DNA of 61,281 nucleotides, the filler included, from a candidate division TA06 bacterium SM23_40 (GTDB lineage Bacteria > LJUI01 > SM1-40), in assembly GCA_001303705.1 (NCBI GenBank). It is 5 parts of 5 records of this genome, joined end to end, with 100 filler letters (N's around TTAATTAATTAA, not from the genome) between each part and the next. Parts side by side here need not be neighbours in the genome. Positions count along the whole stretch, not along the records: positions 55,586 to 61,281 come from LJUI01000180.1; 4 more parts are not named here. The stretch is one strand, 5' to 3'. This document shows positions 59,136 through 61,281 of the stretch, one piece after another. The notes beneath the pieces are model-generated. The model did not search any database. It had not been told where the DNA came from and worked only from the letters and a program-made list of their open reading frames with translations. The translations under genes and the position numbers were made by a program. Each line of letters starts with the position of its first letter. The stretch's first letter is position 1.

Positions 59136-61043
59136 CTACTCCTCACCTTTGAGCACGATCATCCCGAGCGGAGGAACCGTGAGCGAGAGCGAGTGATCGA
59201 ACCCGTGATAGGGCAAGGGCGCGGCATGCACCCCTCCCCAATTCCCGGTCCCGCTCCCGCGGTAGCAGGCGGCATCGCTGTTCAATATCTCTCGCCAGAA
59301 CCCGCCCCGGGGCACGCCGGCGCGGTAATTCGTCCTCGGCACAGGAGTAAAGTTGCAGACCACCAGGAGCTCATCCCCGGGAGACCTCCCCCGCCGCAGA
59401 TAGCTGAGAATACTCTGCTCCCAGTCCCGACAGTCGAGCCACTGAAACCCCTCCTGTGCGAAGTCGATCTCATAGAGCGCCGGCTCGGTCCGGTACGCAC
59501 GGTTCAGATCCCGTACCCAGTCCATCACCCCCTGGTGCGGTGCGTACTGGGTGAGGTGCCAGTCGAGGCTCGCCTCATGGTACCACTCGTTCCACTGAGC
59601 CCACTCGCTCCCCATGAACAGGAGCTTCTTCCCCGGATGCGTGTACTGGTATCCGAACAGCAGGCGCAGGTTCGCCATCTTCTGCCACTCATCCCCCGGC
59701 ATTTTCCCGACGAGCGACCCTTTTCCGTGGACAACCTCATCGTGGGAGAGCGGGAGCACGAAGTTCTCCCAGAAAGCGTACCACATGCTGAAGGTGAGCT
59801 GATCGTGCTGATACTTCCGGTAGATCGGGTCTTTCGGCATCCACCCCATCTTCCACTTCAGGCCGAAGCCGAGCCCGCCCAAATAGGTGGGCCGCGACAC
59901 CATGGGCCAGGCGGTCGACTCCTCGGCCACCGTAATCGCATCCGGGAAGTGGCCGTAGATCGTCTCATTCAGCCGTCTGATGAAATCGATCGCCTCCAGG
60001 TTCTCGCGCCCTCCGAACCTGTTCGGGATCCACTCCCCCTCTTTCCGCGAATAATCGCGGTATAGCATCGAGGCCACGGCGTCCACACGGAGCCCGTCCA
60101 CATGGTAGCGGTCGAGCCAGAAGAGGGCGCTGCTGGCGAGGAAGTTGCGGACCTCGCTGCGGCCGTAGTTGAAGATGTAGCTCTCCCAGTCGGGGTGGAA
60201 ACCCTCGCGCCAGTCCATGTGCTCATAGAGGTTTGTGCCATCGAAGAAGACGAGGCCGTGCTCATCGGAGGGGAAATGCGACGGAACCCAGTCGAGTATG
60301 ACGCCGATCCCCTCCTGGTGCAGCCGGTCGACGAGGTACATGAAATCCTGCGGCATCCCGTACCGGCTCGTGGGAGCGAAGTACCCTGTCGTCTGGTACC
60401 CCCACGAACCGTAGAAGGGGTGCTCCATCACGGGGAGGAACTCGACGTGGGTGAAGCCCATCTCCTTCACGTGGGCGACCAGTTCCTCCGCCAGCTCGCG
60501 ATAGGTGAGGAACCGATAGCCCTCATCCGGGACCCTCCGCCAGGAACCGAGGTGCACTTCGTAGATCGACATCGGGGCGTCGAGCGCATTCGCGTCCTTC
60601 CGCCGCTCCATCCACTCCCGGTCTCCCCACTTGTATGCGAGATCCCAGACGACGGAGGCCGTCTCCGGAGGAGTCTGCCAGAGGAGTGCGAACGGATCTC
60701 CCTTGTCGACGACGTGCCCGCCGTGCTTCGAGACGATGTGGTACTTGTACACCGCTCCCTTCCGCACCCCAGGGATAAACCCTTCCCAGATGCCCGACTC
60801 GTCCCACCGCGGCGAGAGCGGGTGTGCGTCCGGACACCATTCGTTGAAGTCCCCGATCACCGACACGCGCTCAGCATTCGGCGCCCAGACGGCGAAGAGT
60901 GTGCCCGCCTTCCCTTCTACCTTCAGAGGATGGCTCCCCAGCTTATCGTACAGCTTGTAGTGGCTGCCTTCCTTGAACAGATAGACATCGTGGTCGGTCA
61001 GGAGCGTTACTCCGTAGATCGCCTTCCTCCGCCGCTTTGCCAT
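59136..61043 (-). CDS. glgB: 1,4-alpha-glucan branching enzyme GlgB
   Basis: [38 protein letters not shown] and SHDEVVHGK motifs. Confidence 0.97.
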   Translation of the reverse strand: MAKRRRKAIYGVTLLTDHDVYLFKEGSHYKLYDKLGSHPLKVEGKAGTLFAVWAPNAERVSVIGDFNEWCPDAHPLSPRWDESGIWEGFIPGVRKGAVYKYHIVSKHGGHVVDKGDPFALLWQTPPETASVVWDLAYKWGDREWMERRKDANALDAPMSIYEVHLGSWRRVPDEGYRFLTYRELAEELVAHVKEMGFTHVEFLPVMEHPFYGSWGYQTTGYFAPTSRYGMPQDFMYLVDRLHQEGIGVILDWVPSHFPSDEHGLVFFDGTNLYEHMDWREGFHPDWESYIFNYGRSEVRNFLASSALFWLDRYHVDGLRVDAVASMLYRDYSRKEGEWIPNRFGGRENLEAIDFIRRLNETIYGHFPDAITVAEESTAWPMVSRPTYLGGLGFGLKWKMGWMPKDPIYRKYQHDQLTFSMWYAFWENFVLPLSHDEVVHGKGSLVGKMPGDEWQKMANLRLLFGYQYTHPGKKLLFMGSEWAQWNEWYHEASLDWHLTQYAPHQGVMDWVRDLNRAYRTEPALYEIDFAQEGFQWLDCRDWEQSILSYLRRGRSPGDELLVVCNFTPVPRTNYRAGVPRGGFWREILNSDAACYRGSGTGNWGGVHAAPLPYHGFDHSLSLTVPPLGMIVLKGEE

Positions 61044-61281
61044 GGTTTCTCCCTCGGGCTCGTGCTGCGGCTCGCGCCCGGGCTACCGGTAGAAAGCGCC
61101 TCTCCGCGGCCGTCTCAAGCAACTAGAAAACAAGGGGTTGACCGTTTGCTCAGGTACCTGCGTAATAGTGCTCAGATTCCTGAGCCTTTGTCAAGCCCCT
61201 TATCCGCCCTGAGTGGGAAGTACCCGAGACAAGGTACCCCTCTTATCCGCCTGCGGGACTGCTCCCCCACCCGACCAGCAG

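Overview
GC-rich bacterial sequence that looks like a draft or metagenome-assembled genome. It is five contigs joined by artificial N-TTAATTAATTAA-N linkers (16189, 34374, 50210, 55486), so adjacency across those linkers is not evidence of linkage. Of about 50 genes, 49 lie on the minus strand. Metabolic and housekeeping content fits an anaerobe: FMN riboswitch-ribD, ccdA, an rnfB-hdrCBA-flxDCBA-ferredoxin operon, moeB, korDABC, an ATP-dependent ligase, carbamoyltransferase/SxtJ, pilT, zupT, glgB and a GH57. Best candidates for something new: (1) a ~110-aa C-terminal domain shared by four otherwise unrelated proteins, at least two with signal peptides; (2) a family of ~26-bp GGGACG...GGTTA sites forming an array and ~40-bp inverted ends around a 3-kb cargo gene with an in-frame TGA, recurring on another contig; (3) a ~185-nt structured leader with a compensatory base pair, conserved upstream of two paralogous secreted proteins; (4) an ECF sigma / ZAS anti-sigma / TPR-CHAT / subtilase module; (5) a kor operon extended by a small nucleotidyltransferase and a divergent GlnE-architecture protein; (6) several intergenic degenerate tandem arrays, each with its own period (7, 15, 16, 17, ~18 nt). 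All family assignments come from motif recognition by eye; no searches were run.
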